Assembly: GCF_001194135.2 (NCBI RefSeq)
Contig: NC_068994.1
Location: 21,431,628 to 21,495,627 of the forward strand
Source of the DNA: Octopus bimaculoides
Lineage: Eukaryota
DNA: 64,000 nt
Reading direction: 5' to 3'
The translations under genes were made by a program, and so were the position numbers. Positions within the stretch are counted from its first letter, which is position 1, and each line of letters starts with the position of its first letter. Below the pieces are notes generated by a model, which was given only the letters and a program-made list of their open reading frames with translations, was not told where the DNA came from and ran no database searches. Shown piece after piece: positions 23,491 through 36,502 of the stretch.

Positions 23491-24405
23491 CTCGTTTTAA
23501 GTTATCAGGATCAACAGATGCTAAACCCTAAACCAGTAGACCTCATAAAGCTTCACCAAGACAGAATTGTATCATGGTTAGAATGTCACTGAAGGATAGG
23601 TTTAAGAGTGCTTTTGAGATATCTTGCGAGTTTAGCTCCACTTACAATGTCATTGTATCATGCAAAACAGTTTTTCGAAAGTTACGAGGTTCTGGGTTGC
23701 TTGCTCGGGTGCCAGCAAAGAAACCTCTGTTCTCCAAGAAGAATCAAAGAGCCTGTCTTTGTTTCACTCATGAACATGTTGTTTGGACAGAAGAACACTG
23801 GTTGCAGGTTCATTTTAGCAATGAATCAAAGTTTAACATGGTTGGTTCTGATGGCAGGATGTATGTCCGACAAAAAAGTGATAAGTTATGTTGTGCATGT
23901 GTGAAGAAGACAGTGAAATATGGGGGAGGCAGTGTAATGGTATAGAGAGTGGTCTCTGTTGCTGGTCCTGGTCCATTTATTCGCCTAGAATGGACTGTCA
24001 ATGCTGAAATCTACAAGTGGATTCTTAGACTGCATGTCCATCCACATCTCCAATCCTCGTCAGTTCAACCTCCTATCTTTGTGCAGGATAATGCTCTCTG
24101 TCACATTGCAAAGAGAGTCAAAGATTTTTTGAGTGATGAAGGGGTGGATCTCATGGACTGGCCACCTCAAAGTTCTGATCTCAACCCTACAGAAAACGTT
24201 TAGAAGATGAACTTTAAAAATTATTGAAAAACGAATGGAACAATATTACTCTATCATTTTGCAAGAAATTAATTCAGACCTGTGGTAACAGATGTCCTTG
24301 ATAGTAAAAGGATGTTCACAAAATATTAATAGTAATATTTGTTCTTGATCAATTTTTCCTTGTTTTTCTAGTGACCCTTAACTTTAACTTTTGGCTGTTG
24401 CAGTT
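23491..24405 (+). mobile_element. Decayed Tc1-family transposase, 5'-truncated
   Basis: PAKKPL, WTEEHWLQVHFSNESKFN..GSDG, KKTVKYGGGSVMV, IFVQDNALCH, WPPQSSDLNPTEN. Confidence 0.9.
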
Positions 24406-24712
24406 TGGAAGATTATTTGTTTATTTCCTCATAACTTAGGAAATATTTATTCCATTCGCTTGAAAATTTCACGGAAGATATATATTAGACATATCTAGAT
24501 ATGTGTAAAATATCTAGTCTCAATGTTTTGTTAATCTTCTAAAACAAATATTTCAATACACTTGTTCTTACTGACCCTTATATTAATGCCGCTACTGCAC
24601 ATATACATAGACATAAATATATATATATGCATAGACATATATATATATATAGAGAGAGAGATATACACATGTGTATATATATAGATATTCACACACACAC
24701 ATATATATACCA

Positions 24713-24873
24713 TGCAGGAGTGGCTCTGTGGTAAGTAGCTTGCTTACCAACCACATGGTTCTGGGTTCAGTCCCACAACATGGCATCTCGGGCAAGTATC
24801 TTCTACTATAGCCTCGGGCCGCCCAAAGTTTTGTGAGTGTATTTGGTAGATGGAAACTGAAAGAAGCCCATTG
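24713..24873 (+). mobile_element. tRNA-derived SINE, 5' half
   Basis: A box TGGCTCTGTGGT, B box GGTTCAGTCCC, body ending GGAAACTGAAAGAAGCCC. Confidence 0.85.
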
Positions 24874-25399
24874 TATATGTGTGTGTATGTATGTCTGTGT
24901 GCCTATATTTGCCCCCCCCCCCCNNNNNNNNNNNNNNNNNNNNNNNNNNNNNNNNNNNNNNNNNNNNNNNNNNNNNNNNNNNNNNNNNNNNNNNNNNNNN
25001 NNNNNNNNNNNNNNNNNNNNNNNNNNNNNNNNNNNNNNNNNNNNNNNNNNNNNNNNNNNNNNNNNNNNNNNNNNNNNNNNNNNNNNNNNNNNNNNNNNNN
25101 NNNNNNNNNNNNNNNNNNNNNNNNNNNNNNNNNNNNNNNNNNNNNNNNNNNNNNNNNNNNNNNNNNNNNNNNNNNNNNNNNNNNNNNNNNNNNNNNNNNN
25201 NNNNNNNNNNNNNNNNNNNNNNNNNNTACATGGTGCAGTGGGTAAATTGTCACTATTCTATACTTTTGATTTTGCACATGCACATTGTTTGTTTTTGATT
25301 TTGTTGACTACATAGTATAGTAGGGTCAGTTGGGCACTGTATGTGAGGAAAACAGCACTATGATGCAATTCACTCTGCCAGAGGTTTGGAAACGATATG

Positions 25400-25820
25400 C
25401 TTTACTGCTTGGCATTCATGCCGGAAGCTCCAATATAAACATTTCAGAGTGTTTGGGTATCAATCTGGCCACCTAACTCCCCAGACTGCAACCCCCTTGA
25501 TTATTATGTGTGGGGTGCAGTTGAGCAAGAGTCTGACAAAACTCCTTGTAACACCAAAGATGAACTGAAGGCAAAGATTATGGCAGCATTCACCAACTTG
25601 ATCAAAGACGCCATACAGAAGAGTTGCAGGATATTCTGAAGTTGTCTGGAGGCTGTGGTTGAAGCCATATATATATGGTGATTTTATTAAATAAATTTAC
25701 TCTTTAGCATTTCAAGATATTTTTATGTAATTTTGGTAAATATATCTGTTAAAATGAGATGTCAGTGTTATTTTCATTTTTGTGTAATTTAGACAACAGT
25801 TTATTCACCACACCCTTATT
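25400..25820 (+). mobile_element. Tc1/mariner transposase C-terminal remnant
   Basis: WPPNSPDCNPLDYYVWGAVE...NTKDELKAKI. Confidence 0.8.
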
Positions 25821-26833
25821 ACAGAAAGATATGTGAAGTTTATAGAATTGATTGCTTAAAAGAATGCACGTGTCAGAAATGGTTTAAAACATTCCGTTCT
25901 GGAGATTTTGCGCTCAAAGATGACCAATGTTCTGGTCAACCTACTGAAGTTGATGATGATGACCAAATCAAAATCATAATTGAATCTGATTGTCATATAG
26001 CTGTGCGAAAGATTGCAGAGAGGTTAAATGTATCACACACAACAATTGAAAATCACTTAAAATGTCTTGGACTCATTGAGAAGCTAGATATTTGGGTTCC
26101 ACATAAATTGAAAGAAATTCACTTAACAAATCAATATTTGTGATATGCATTTCAAATGCATTGAAATCAACCTTCTTTTGAAACAAATTATCACTGGTGA
26201 TGAAAAATGAATTGTCTACAATAACATCAATCGGAAATGACCATGGTCCAAGCCTAATGAACCAGCATAAACCACTTCAAAAATTGCATCAAAAAATGGT
26301 GATGCTTTTTGGTGGAATTACAAAGGTGTTGTGTATTTTGAGCTGCTTCCAAGGAACCAAACAATCAATTCAGATGTTTACTGTCAACAACTAATGAAAC
26401 TGAAGGAAGCAATGAAAGAAAAACATCCAGAATTGGCAAATCACAAATGAATCATGTTCCACCATTACAACACTAGACTACACACATCTTTGCTAACTCA
26501 TGAAAAATTATTGGGGCTTGGTTGGGAAGTGATATCACATCCACCATGTAGCCCTGAACTTGCACCATAAGATTACCATTTATTTCAAAGGTTGCAAAAT
26601 TCTTTGAATGGTAAAACTTTCAATGATGATGACCTGAAATCGCACTTGCTTCAGTTTTTGGCTGATAAGGACCAGAAGTTCTAAGTGCAGAATCATGAAT
26701 TTGCCAGTAAGATGGCAAAAAGTCATCGAACAAAATGGAAAATATATAATTGATTAAAGTTCATTCTTTGTATGAAAAAAGATGACTTTTATTCCACACT
26801 GAAAAACCAAAATTATTTTCTTGCCAACCCAAT
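25820..26833 (+). mobile_element. Decayed mariner (DD34D-type) element, 5'-truncated
   Basis: CQKWFKTFRSGDF, WVPHKL, IITGDEK, YFELLP..QTINSDVYCQQL, HPPCSPELAP; right TIR reading TATTGGGTTGGCAAG on the minus strand ends at 26833. Confidence 0.9.
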
Positions 26834-26839
26834 ATATGT

Positions 26840-27016
26840 TTGTGTGTCTGTGTTTGTCACCCCACCCCCACCATTCCTTAACAACCAACCAATATTGGTA
26901 TGTTTATATGTCCATAACTTGGCATTTTGGAAAAAGAGACAGATAGAATAAGTACTAGGCTTACAAAGAATAAGTCCTGAGGCCCAACATGGCCACAGTC
27001 AAATGACTGAAGCAAA

Positions 27017-27050
<34 letters not shown>

Positions 27051-27210
27051 GGCTTCTTTCAGTTTCTGGTTACCAAATCCACTCAAGACTCTTGTCAGCC
27101 TGAGGCTATAGTAGAACACACTTGCACTAGATGCCATAAAGTGTGACTGAACCCACAACCATATGGTTGAGAAGCAAACTTCCTACCAGATATCCACACC
27201 TGCACCTATA
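26840..27210. mobile_element. SINE 3' half (+, 26840-27020) and SINE 5' half (-, 27050-27210)
   Basis: GATAGAATAAGTACTAGGCTTACAAAGAATAAG and CAGTCAAATGACTGAA; the second piece is the reverse complement of the 24713 head. Confidence 0.75.
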
Positions 27211-27789
27211 GTATATATATCTTTTTAATTTTATTTAGAGCAAATGCCTCTGAATGCGCTTGTAAAAGCTCCTATGCTTCTCTTTGTTGGCTACTGCCTG
27301 TTATTTGCATCTTCCAGAGTAATCCTATGGGATGGTTATATATGCAGAACTCCTTATAGCTTATAAATATAGTAATAAAAATGACTTGTGGGTGGAAATT
27401 TATTTGACATTTATGGTATTTTGCTAGTCTGATGTTTGCATTTAAAGACATTTAACATTTTACACCAATCAGGAAGCTCTGTTAAATTTTTGGGTGTTGC
27501 TTGTGAACTGTCTCAACTTATCAAAAACAGCATTGGGCATTGCTTGTGGTTTATCACAGCAGGCTTACGGGGAAAAAGAAAAAAGAAATATGAAAAGGCA
27601 CATTAGATTTAACCAAGGGATTCAGAACCCCTCTGCACCCAATTTAATAAAAAACAAAGGTTCATTTTGACATTATCAGTTTTAGAGCAATATATAAAGA
27701 CACCAGAGAGGATAAAGTTCACATTAAGAGCAGTGTAATTAACTATGTTGTATTATCTCCTGCTGTGCTGCTAGGCACTGTCTTCTTGA

Positions 27790-30450
27790 AGGGTTATGCT
27801 ATCTGTTCACAGTTATTGTATTCCATTTATTGAGAGGGCCTGTTTTCATTAATCTCATCAATTCACTTCTATTATTTTTGTGTTCTAGATATATTTCTGC
27901 CTGATAATATATTAGACTTACATTAGTATGCACATGAGTTATACTGGTATCCATGATAATTACTAACCACATGTCCATATATGTTTGTAATAACATTATT
28001 TTATATTGTAGATCTTTTTTGTTTGCTCATGTTCATAAGCCCATCCAAGTAGTTGGTTCGGATACTATCCAGGATTATTTGGTGTTTCTTTCAGAAGATT
28101 TTTTTCAAATTTCATGAAAGAATTCTTAAATAATAATTTTTAGTGTTTCTTCTAAGAATAAGTTGCAGACCCAGGAGAATCTGTTGTAGAGTTTAGCATT
28201 TTTCAGTATGGACCATTTTGATGTATATTCCTCTCCACTTTGTTTTAACCTGCAAATTAGATTTGCTAATGAGGTGCAGTGACTCTTATTTTTATCAGAA
28301 AAAGATGCAATATGGTTTCTCAGGTGATTTTTCAGCATGTCTGACATTGCACTGATATACACATATTTCTGTGCACCTGTTTGCACTTCACATTTATAAA
28401 TAACATTCCATCTCTTGCATTTGTTTTCAAACTTACATTTGCTCTTAAGTCTACAGTTAAGTCTACATTGAGTTGTTTCTTGTACTTTGGTACTTTTTCC
28501 ACACCTTTATTTTCACTGTTCAGTGTGCTGTTCGAATGCATTTTGGGTGCTACCAGAGTCATTTCTGCAGATTATTCCTCATCCCTCCCCAGTTCCTATT
28601 CTATTTCTACTTACCCCAGGTTCTGAATCTTCCATCAATGAAGTATTAGCATTTCCATTTTTTTTTTTTTTGTATTTATTATTCATCTTTCCTATTTATT
28701 TCTCCCTATTTACTTTATTTTCATCTTCTGAGCTTTCGTTTCTATATTCTACTTTTATTGCATTCTGTTTTTTGTTATTTAGTTTATGCATATAATTTTC
28801 CAGGTTGTGTGAAGTTGCATATGCTAATTTAACTTTGCATCTGTTAAAAATTTTGTACCTACTTGTCTCAGGAAAATGCCTAGTGTAGAGAAGAGTTTGC
28901 GTCCAATTTTGGATTTAATCTGCAATCCATATTTTGGATTAAACCAAATTATTTTATCATTGTCTATTTTTCTGTTCTGTTTATATTGTACTAATTTGGT
29001 TTATTCGTGTATGCTATTCTTGTATCTACTCTGTGTTTGGTATTTTCATCTATTCTTTCCTTCTACCCCTTTGCTTCTTTACAGTGGTGTCCATTAGTTT
29101 TCATGTCATCCTTATATCCCTTAATATTGTCATTACACTTTCCCATCTTAGTTCCTATCCCATTCATCATTTTGTTTTTATTTGCTTTTTCCTTTGACTA
29201 TTACTATTAGCTCTTCCTTTATTTTCACATTTATTCTCATAGTGACTAACTGTTACATTATCCTGTAAGTATTTTATTTTATCCTTATAATCTGCCCTGG
29301 CTGGTGCTGAGTCATAGTATTCTGTGTGCTCATTAAATATCATTTCATCGGCAAATAGTCTAGATATTCTATTGGACACACTTTTTGTAATACTCTTAGG
29401 TATTGATTCTAGTGATTTGATCCTTTACTAACATATTTCAGGTTTTCATTTTGTTTATGGAAAGCTTGAATTTTTCCATGTTCTGGTTGAGTTTCACATC
29501 TAAGAAGTTTACTACTCTATAATCTTTTTTGATTGTTATTGATAGATCTAAGTTTTTGAAGAATTTAAAAAGTTTTTTCTTGCATCTCTCCTTTTCAACA
29601 TTGCTACATTTTGCTAAAATAAACAATGCATCATCTCTATATAGAGCCCCACCTAATTTTGAGAAGCATGACTCCATCGGAGAGAATATGTATATCCCTG
29701 CGAGATCTTTTACCTGTGCTTAATCTCATCCATGTCAAAACATTCATTCCTATTGGATCTAGCTCATAGTTTTCCCCTATATTCAATTATCATGCTTCAT
29801 GCAGCTAATATTATGTCTGTTTCCTCTCTAGAAAGATCTGAGTTGCTTTTTACTATTGGGTTTATTGATGGTTATAGTTGGATATATCTAGCTGTATGAA
29901 TTTTCTCTGTTTTTATTCTTTAAATCATTAACCACCTAATTACATCTGTAGTATTGGACTAAAATTTGAACTTATATATTTTAATTTTGGTACTACTCTG
30001 TCTATTATTATTTTGCTAATTCTACCTATATCTGATTTCGATAGACATGTGAATCTTACTGTAGGGTTGTTCTGGAAATTTTCTTTGTGGTCCTTAAGGT
30101 TTATTCTAGGTGCCCTGAGTGTATATGGTCTAGTCCTATCCATATTCCTAAATTTTTAACTATTTTAGCCCTTGTTTATCTTATTTAATATTTCATTAGA
30201 TTCATGTTTGTAGTTGCTCTAATTGTTTAGTTATAAGTTGCTTGTATGTTTTAATATTAACATTATAAATGTTACCAGTTTTGTCCACTGGTACTAGTAC
30301 CCTCTCATGTTCTTGAAGGTCTTCATTATCTCATTGAGCTTCTTTTTGGTGTTTGCTGTATTTCTTTGTAGATTTTCTGAATTTAATATTCCTGATTATG
30401 TTATACAGTTTTTCAAACGGCGCTAAATTTAAATCCCTTAGGATTTCTAA
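27790..30450 (-). mobile_element. Long decayed Penelope-like element (RT and GIY-YIG)
   Basis: LKDHKENFQNNPTVR, SDIGRISKII, GALYRDDALF, VNFLDVKLN, SNRISRL..IFNEH..Y, CTSLANLICRLK..SKWSILK...CNL..EE. Confidence 0.88.
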
Positions 30451-30494
30451 GGGATTGAAATTCTCTCCTCAAACATATATATGTATATGTTTCT

Positions 30495-30700
30495 ATGCCT
30501 GTGTTTGTTCCCCCACCATTGCTTGACAACCAATGTTGGTGTATTTACGTCCCCGTAACTTAGCAGCTTGGCAAAAGAGACCAGTAGAATAAGTACTAGG
30601 CTTACAAAGAATAAATCTTGGGGTCGATTTGGTTGATTAAAAGCAGTGCTCCAGCATGGCTGCAGTCAAATGACGGAAACAAATAAAAGAGTAAAAGAAT
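30495..30700 (+). mobile_element. SINE 3' half
   Basis: CTTGACAACC..TTACGTCCCCGTAACTTAG..GCAGTGCTCCAGCATGGCTGCAGTCAAATGAC..GAGTAAAAGAAT. Confidence 0.85.
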
Positions 30701-30731
30701 ATATATATATATATAAATTTTATACACACAT

Positions 30732-30778
<47 letters not shown>

Positions 30779-30829
30779 GTATATATAAATTTTATATACA
30801 TATATATATATATATATATATACTTATTT

Positions 30830-30869
<40 letters not shown>

Positions 30870-30874
<5 letters not shown>

Positions 30875-31712
30875 CTAATTTAGAGACGAACCACCACTCT
30901 GCAACTCAGTCAATCCAGAACCCGTCCAAATCCATGCTGTGAGGCATATACCATCTTAATATATCTAAGATTTTAATCTAAAAATTTTAATTAAATAATA
31001 TATTACATAAATAAATGAATCAACAGTTACCAGCCGGCAGATAAGTCATGTTTCCTTATTTTAATTTTATAAACAATATTGACATCCGTCTTTTAGTAAC
31101 TTTATACACTAACACATTTTTTTACTATTATATACTTATTCCATAATGTTTTAACCTTGTTTACTATAATACTCTTTTTCAATATTTTTAGATTGTAACT
31201 CATAATAATTATATTCATACCGTTAATGTAGGGATTAGTTTACAGATTTTGTCTCTTTATATATATTTTTATTTCTCATGTTTATTCCTTGAATGATTTT
31301 AGATATTTTCTTAGGGATTTGACCTGAAGAGTGACTGATTTTGGGAGTAAAATCATTTCCCCGTTCTAATGAACTCGGATAGAATTAGTTTATGATTTTA
31401 TATAGTCCTATTTCAGCCATGAAACGTGCATAGTCTATGTACTAGCACTAACTTTTTACATTTATACTTCCATACTGTATATTATCGTATTAATTTTTGC
31501 TGTCCAATTTATAAATTTGACTTTTAAATTTTTTTAAATTAATATTTCTATGATTTATTTCTATGATTTATTTATGTAATGTATTATTTAATTAAAATTT
31601 TTAGATTAAAATCTTAGATATATTAAGATGGTATATGCCTCACAGCATGGATTTGGACGGGTTCTGAATTGACTGAGTTGTAGAGTGGTGGTTCATCTCT
31701 AAATTAGTTATA
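30870..31712. mobile_element. Fold-back unit: about 150-bp inverted repeats (30870-31021 and 31563-31712) around a Penelope-associated segment
   Basis: The arms are near-perfect reverse complements (e.g. CCATGCTGTGAGGCATATACCATCTTAATATATCTAAG); the interior matches 14540-14911. Confidence 0.8.
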
Positions 31713-32629
31713 TACATATATATTAGGAAACCCGGTATAATATTATACCAATTTTTGCCTGTAAGGTTGGAATAAATTTTTTATTCCCTAATATTATTAC
31801 TATANNNNNNNNNNNNNNNNNNNNNNNNNNNNNNNNNNNNNNNNNNNNNNNNNNNNNNNNNNNNNNNNNNNNNNNNNNNNNNNNNNNNNNNNNNNNNNNN
31901 NNNNNNNNNNNNNNNNNNNNNNNNNNNNNNNNNNNNNNNNNNNNNNNNNNNNNNNNNNNNNNNNNNNNNNNNNNNNNNNNNNNNNNNNNNNNNNNNNNNN
32001 NNNNNNNNNNNNNNNNNNNNNNNNNNNNNNNNNNNNNNNNNNNNNNNNNNNNNNNNNNNNNNNNNNNNNNNNNNNNNNNNNNNNNNNNNNNNNNNNNNNN
32101 NNNNNNNNNNNNNNNNNNNNNNNNNNNNNNNNNNNNNNNNNNNNNNNNNNNNNNNNNNNNNNNNNNNNNNNNNNNNNNNNNNNNNNNNNNNNNNNNNNNN
32201 NNNNNNNNNNNNNNNNNNNNNNNNNNNNNNNNNNNNNNNNNNNNNNNNNNNNNNNNNNNNNNNNNNNNNNNNNNNNNNNNNNNNNNNNNNNNNNNNNNNN
32301 NNNNNNNNNNNNNNNNNNNNNNNNNNNNNNNNNNNNNNNNNNNNNNNNNNNNNNNNNNNNNNNNNNNNNNNNNNNNNNNNNNNNNNNNNNNNNTACATAC
32401 ATATATACATACACACCTCATTCTAATTGGCGGGAATTGTAAGTTATTTCTAACTCGTCCTTCACCATGATAACAACAACAAAAAAAAATAGTCACACAT
32501 CTTTTTCAAATACGATCGACAAACATTTATTCCCTACAAACTTTGAGTTTTTTGCAAAATCTTTTCGTAAATCTTGAGATTAACACCCGCACGATTACCT
32601 ACCTAACCCTAAACCTGACCCTAAAACCC

Positions 32630-34063
32630 TAACTCTAACACTGTAGTGAAAATCGTGCGGGTGTTAATCCCAAAATTTAACAATCTTTTTTAAAACACTT
32701 TTACTTACTAACATTTTTTTATTTAGTGTGTGTGTATGTTGCCCATATATATAGATACACTTAAGACTTAGTTGTGGGTTGGGACTTTCATCGGCAGAGG
32801 TCATTATTATTATTATTATTTTTAATTTTTCCCACAAGGGCAGCTTCGGGCAGGTGGAGAATAGTCGATTATATCGACCCCTGTGTTCAACTGGTACTTA
32901 TTTTTTAGACCCCCGAAAGGATGAAAGGCAAAGTTGACTTCAGCGGAATTTGAACTCAGAATGCAAAGATGAGCACAAACCTCCCGTTGCTACACTGATT
33001 CTGCAGAACAGGGTTGAGTGTGAAAACCAACTTTAAAGTGTAAATATAGATGTTTTTGAATACACACTCATACATACATATGTACAAATACATACATACA
33101 AATAAACACATACATACAAATACCTGTCAGTCTCTTCCAAATACGATTGACAGTCAAACATTTATTCCTTACAAACTTTATTTTTTTTTAAATCTTTCTT
33201 AAAACGCATTTACTTACTACCATATATATATATATATATACACACACAGAATGCACATTAATACACACATACATACAAATACCTGTCATTTTTTATTTTA
33301 TTTAGTGTGTGCGTATGTGTGTTACCCATCTTAATATATAATGCTGAAGTTCTGTATCTGTGTGAAGCCTTTTTAAAAGTTTATAGAAATCCACATTTTC
33401 CACTTTTTCATCCTAACTCTAACCCTAACACTGTAGTGAAAATCGTGCTGGTGTTAATCCGAAATTTAACAATCTTTTTTAAAACACTTTTACTTACTAA
33501 CATTTTTTTATTTAGTGTGTGTGTTACCCATATATATATACACTTAAGACTTAGATGTGGGTTGGGAGTTTGATCAGCAGAGGTCATTATTATTATTATT
33601 ATTTTAAATTTTTCCCACAAGAGCAGCTTGGGGCAGGTGGAGAATAGTATAGTCGATTATATCGACCCCTGTGTCCAACTGGTACTTATTTTTTAGACCC
33701 CAAAAGGATGAAAGGCAAAGTCAACTTAGGCGGAACTTGAACTCAGAACGTAGAGATTGGTACAAACCTCCCATCGCTACACTGATTCTGCAGAACAGGG
33801 TTGAGTATGAAAACCAACTTTAAAGTGTAAATATGGATGTTTTTGAATACACACTCATACATACATACGTACAAATACACACGTACATACAAATAAACAC
33901 ATACATACAAATACCTGTCAGTCTCTTCCAAATACGATCAACAGTCAAACATTTATTCCCTACAAACTGAATTTTTTTAATCATCTTTCTTAAAACGCAT
34001 TTACTTACTACCATATATGTATAGAGAGAGAGACACAGAATACACATTAATGCACACATATAT
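32630..34063 (+). repeat. Local tandem duplication, period about 790 bp, containing a SINE remnant and hairpin arm
   Basis: About 32630-33290 aligns with about 33420-34063; a partial third overlap of caaatacgat..caaacatttattcc occurs near 32505, 33138 and 33929. Confidence 0.85.
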
Positions 34064-34829
34064 ANNNNNNNNNNNNNNNNNNNNNNNNNNNNNNNNNNNN
34101 NNNNNNNNNNNNNNNNNNNNNNNNNNNNNNNNNNNNNNNNNNNNNNNNNNNNNNNNNNNNNNNNNNNNNNNNNNNNNNNNNNNNNNNNNNNNNNNNNNNN
34201 NNNNNNNNNNNNNNNNNNNNNNNNNNNNNNNNNNNNNNNNNNNNNNNNNNNNNNNNNNNNNNNNNNNNNNNNNNNNNNNNNNNNNNNNNNNNNNNNNNNN
34301 NNNNNNNNNNNNNNNNNNNNNNNNNNNNNNNNNNNNNNNNNNNNNNNNNNNNNNNNNNNNNNNNNNNNNNNNNNNNNNNNNNNNNNNNNNNNNNNNNNNN
34401 NNNNNNNNNNNNNNNNNNNNNNNNNNNNNNNNNNNNNNNNNNNNNNNNNNNNNNNNNNNNNNNNNNNTGATTTAAGGGAGATTTGGCTGTTGTTTCTAGC
34501 AACTTTTATATTTCTTCCCTTCTACCTGTATCGGCATTCTTACACATCGAACACACGCTCAACATATAATATACAGAATAAGAATAAAAGAGGGAGAGAG
34601 AGAGAAAGTGATGCATACAAAGTCATAGATTAACTTGCTTTAAAACTATTCTTTCCTTCTACCTTTTCACTCTTACTTCGTTCTTCTTCCTCTCTCCCAG
34701 TTAATAGCTTTCTTCTATCCCTCTACCTCTAACATATTTTTCATAACATAGAAATGTAAAAACACACACAACCACACATACGTGATCTGTGACAACAACA
34801 TACACATAAACACATCAACGTTATAGATA

Positions 34830-35893
34830 TAAGATTTAGTTTGTGTGTGTTTCTTATATAAACATATGCACGCGTTGCTATTTTATAACTGTCTTCCGTT
34901 CTCCCTTCCTCTCTTTCTCTTTTTTCATTGCTCCCGTTCTCTATTCCTTTCTCCCCCTCTCTCTCTTTTCCTCTCTCCCTCTCTCAAACGCATACACGCG
35001 CACATACACACAAGCATTCACTACAAGATAACTCATGTTCGTCAATGTTTTGTAAATATACAAACTACGGAGCTTATGGACAACACATTGCAAATCAGTG
35101 AACTTCATTACAAATGTGGGTAATTTTTCAGATTAACACCCACACGATTTTCACTAGGGTGTTAGGGTTACAGTTTTTGGGTCAGGGTTAGAGTTTTAGG
35201 GTTACGGTTAGGGTTACGATGAGGGTTAGTGCTATGGTTACGGTTTTAGGGTCAGGGTTAGGGTTTTAGGGTTACGGTTACGTAATTGTGCGGGTGTTAA
35301 TCTGAAAAATTACTGAAATGTGAAAACTACCGACCCTGCCATCTGTTATAACTTTTGTTGTTCTCTTTAATATGTACATAGATTATGCCTCCAAAACAAG
35401 ACAGCTTGCTGGGGAAAGAAAGCAACCAGTTTAAAAAGACAGCAACAGACTGCAGTAATTCAACACATTCCTGAAGCTACTTTGAACATAATGCAAAATG
35501 GTGCATCAACATCTACTGCCCACTCTGATAGAATTCTGGCAGAACTGTGTACCAACAGATCACCAACTATTGCTTCATCAGAAATTACCGTCCTACCTCC
35601 TGCGAAAAGGAATTACCCTGCTATGTATAATCAAGGCAGCGCAAAAAGTTGTTTTGCACAAGCATTTCTATAGCCAATTAGACAGATAAAATTTACGTAC
35701 ACTTAATAATGTTACGCAAAACAGCCTTCAGACTTTCCCTATTAATTTCATCATCTTTTGAATTATGAACATATTTACATCATAAGGGTTTTTTCGTTGT
35801 AAGGCTTTTTTTTTTAGTTGATTTTCACCTAGCAAAACTTATTGCAGATGGCGTAATAAGTCACACCCGGACAACGTCGGGTTATACTGCTAG
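34830..35893 (+). mobile_element. Non-autonomous Helitron-like element (5' end uncertain)
   Basis: Canonical 3' end: hairpin CCCGGACAACGTCGGG (35866-35881), then CTAG (35890-35893) followed by T. Confidence 0.65.
35120..35313. repeat. 30-bp inverted repeat enclosing degenerate TTAGGG/TTACGG repeats; related copies at 32578-32669 and about 33410-33460
   Basis: GTAATTTTTCAGATTAACACCCACACGATT vs the reverse complement of 35284-35313, 28/30 identical; the loop is GGGTTAGGGTT-like. Confidence 0.85.
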
Positions 35894-35937
35894 TATATTA
35901 TAGATGTATCTATGCATACATGTATGTGTGTATGTAT

Positions 35938-35969
<32 letters not shown>

Positions 35970-36104
35970 GTATGTATGTATATATACATATATATATATA
36001 CATGTGTATGTATATGTATATATGTATATGTATATAGGTATATGTATATATATATATATATATGTATATATCTGTCTATGTATATATATATATGTATATA
36101 TCAT

Positions 36105-36365
36105 CATCGTCATCATCATCATCGTTTAATGTCCGCTTTCCGTGCTGGCATGGGTTGGACAGTTTAACTGAAGACTGGTGAGCCAGAGGCTGCACCAGGC
36201 TCAATCTGATCTTGCAAAGTTTCTACAGCTGGATGCTCTTCCTGATGCCAATCACTCCGAGAGTGTTGTGGATGCTTTTTATGTGCCACCAGCATGAGGG
36301 CCAGTCAGGTGGTTCTGGCAATGACCATGCTCATGTTCAAAAGGTGTTTTTACGTGCCACCTGCA
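36105..36365 (-). mobile_element. RTE 3' tail copy
   Basis: Same sequence as 950-1320. Confidence 0.8.
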
Positions 36366-36502
36366 AGTTATGGGAACGTAAACACAGCAACATCGGCTGT
36401 CAAGCAATGGTGGGTACAAACACACACACATGCACAAACAAATATACAAAGATATACAACAGTTGTCTTTCAGTTTCCATGTATGAAATCCACTCAAGGC
36501 TA

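Noticed and set aside
24713-24790. tRNA genes suggested by A/B boxes
   Set aside because: The boxes run into SINE bodies repeated across the window; no full cloverleaf.
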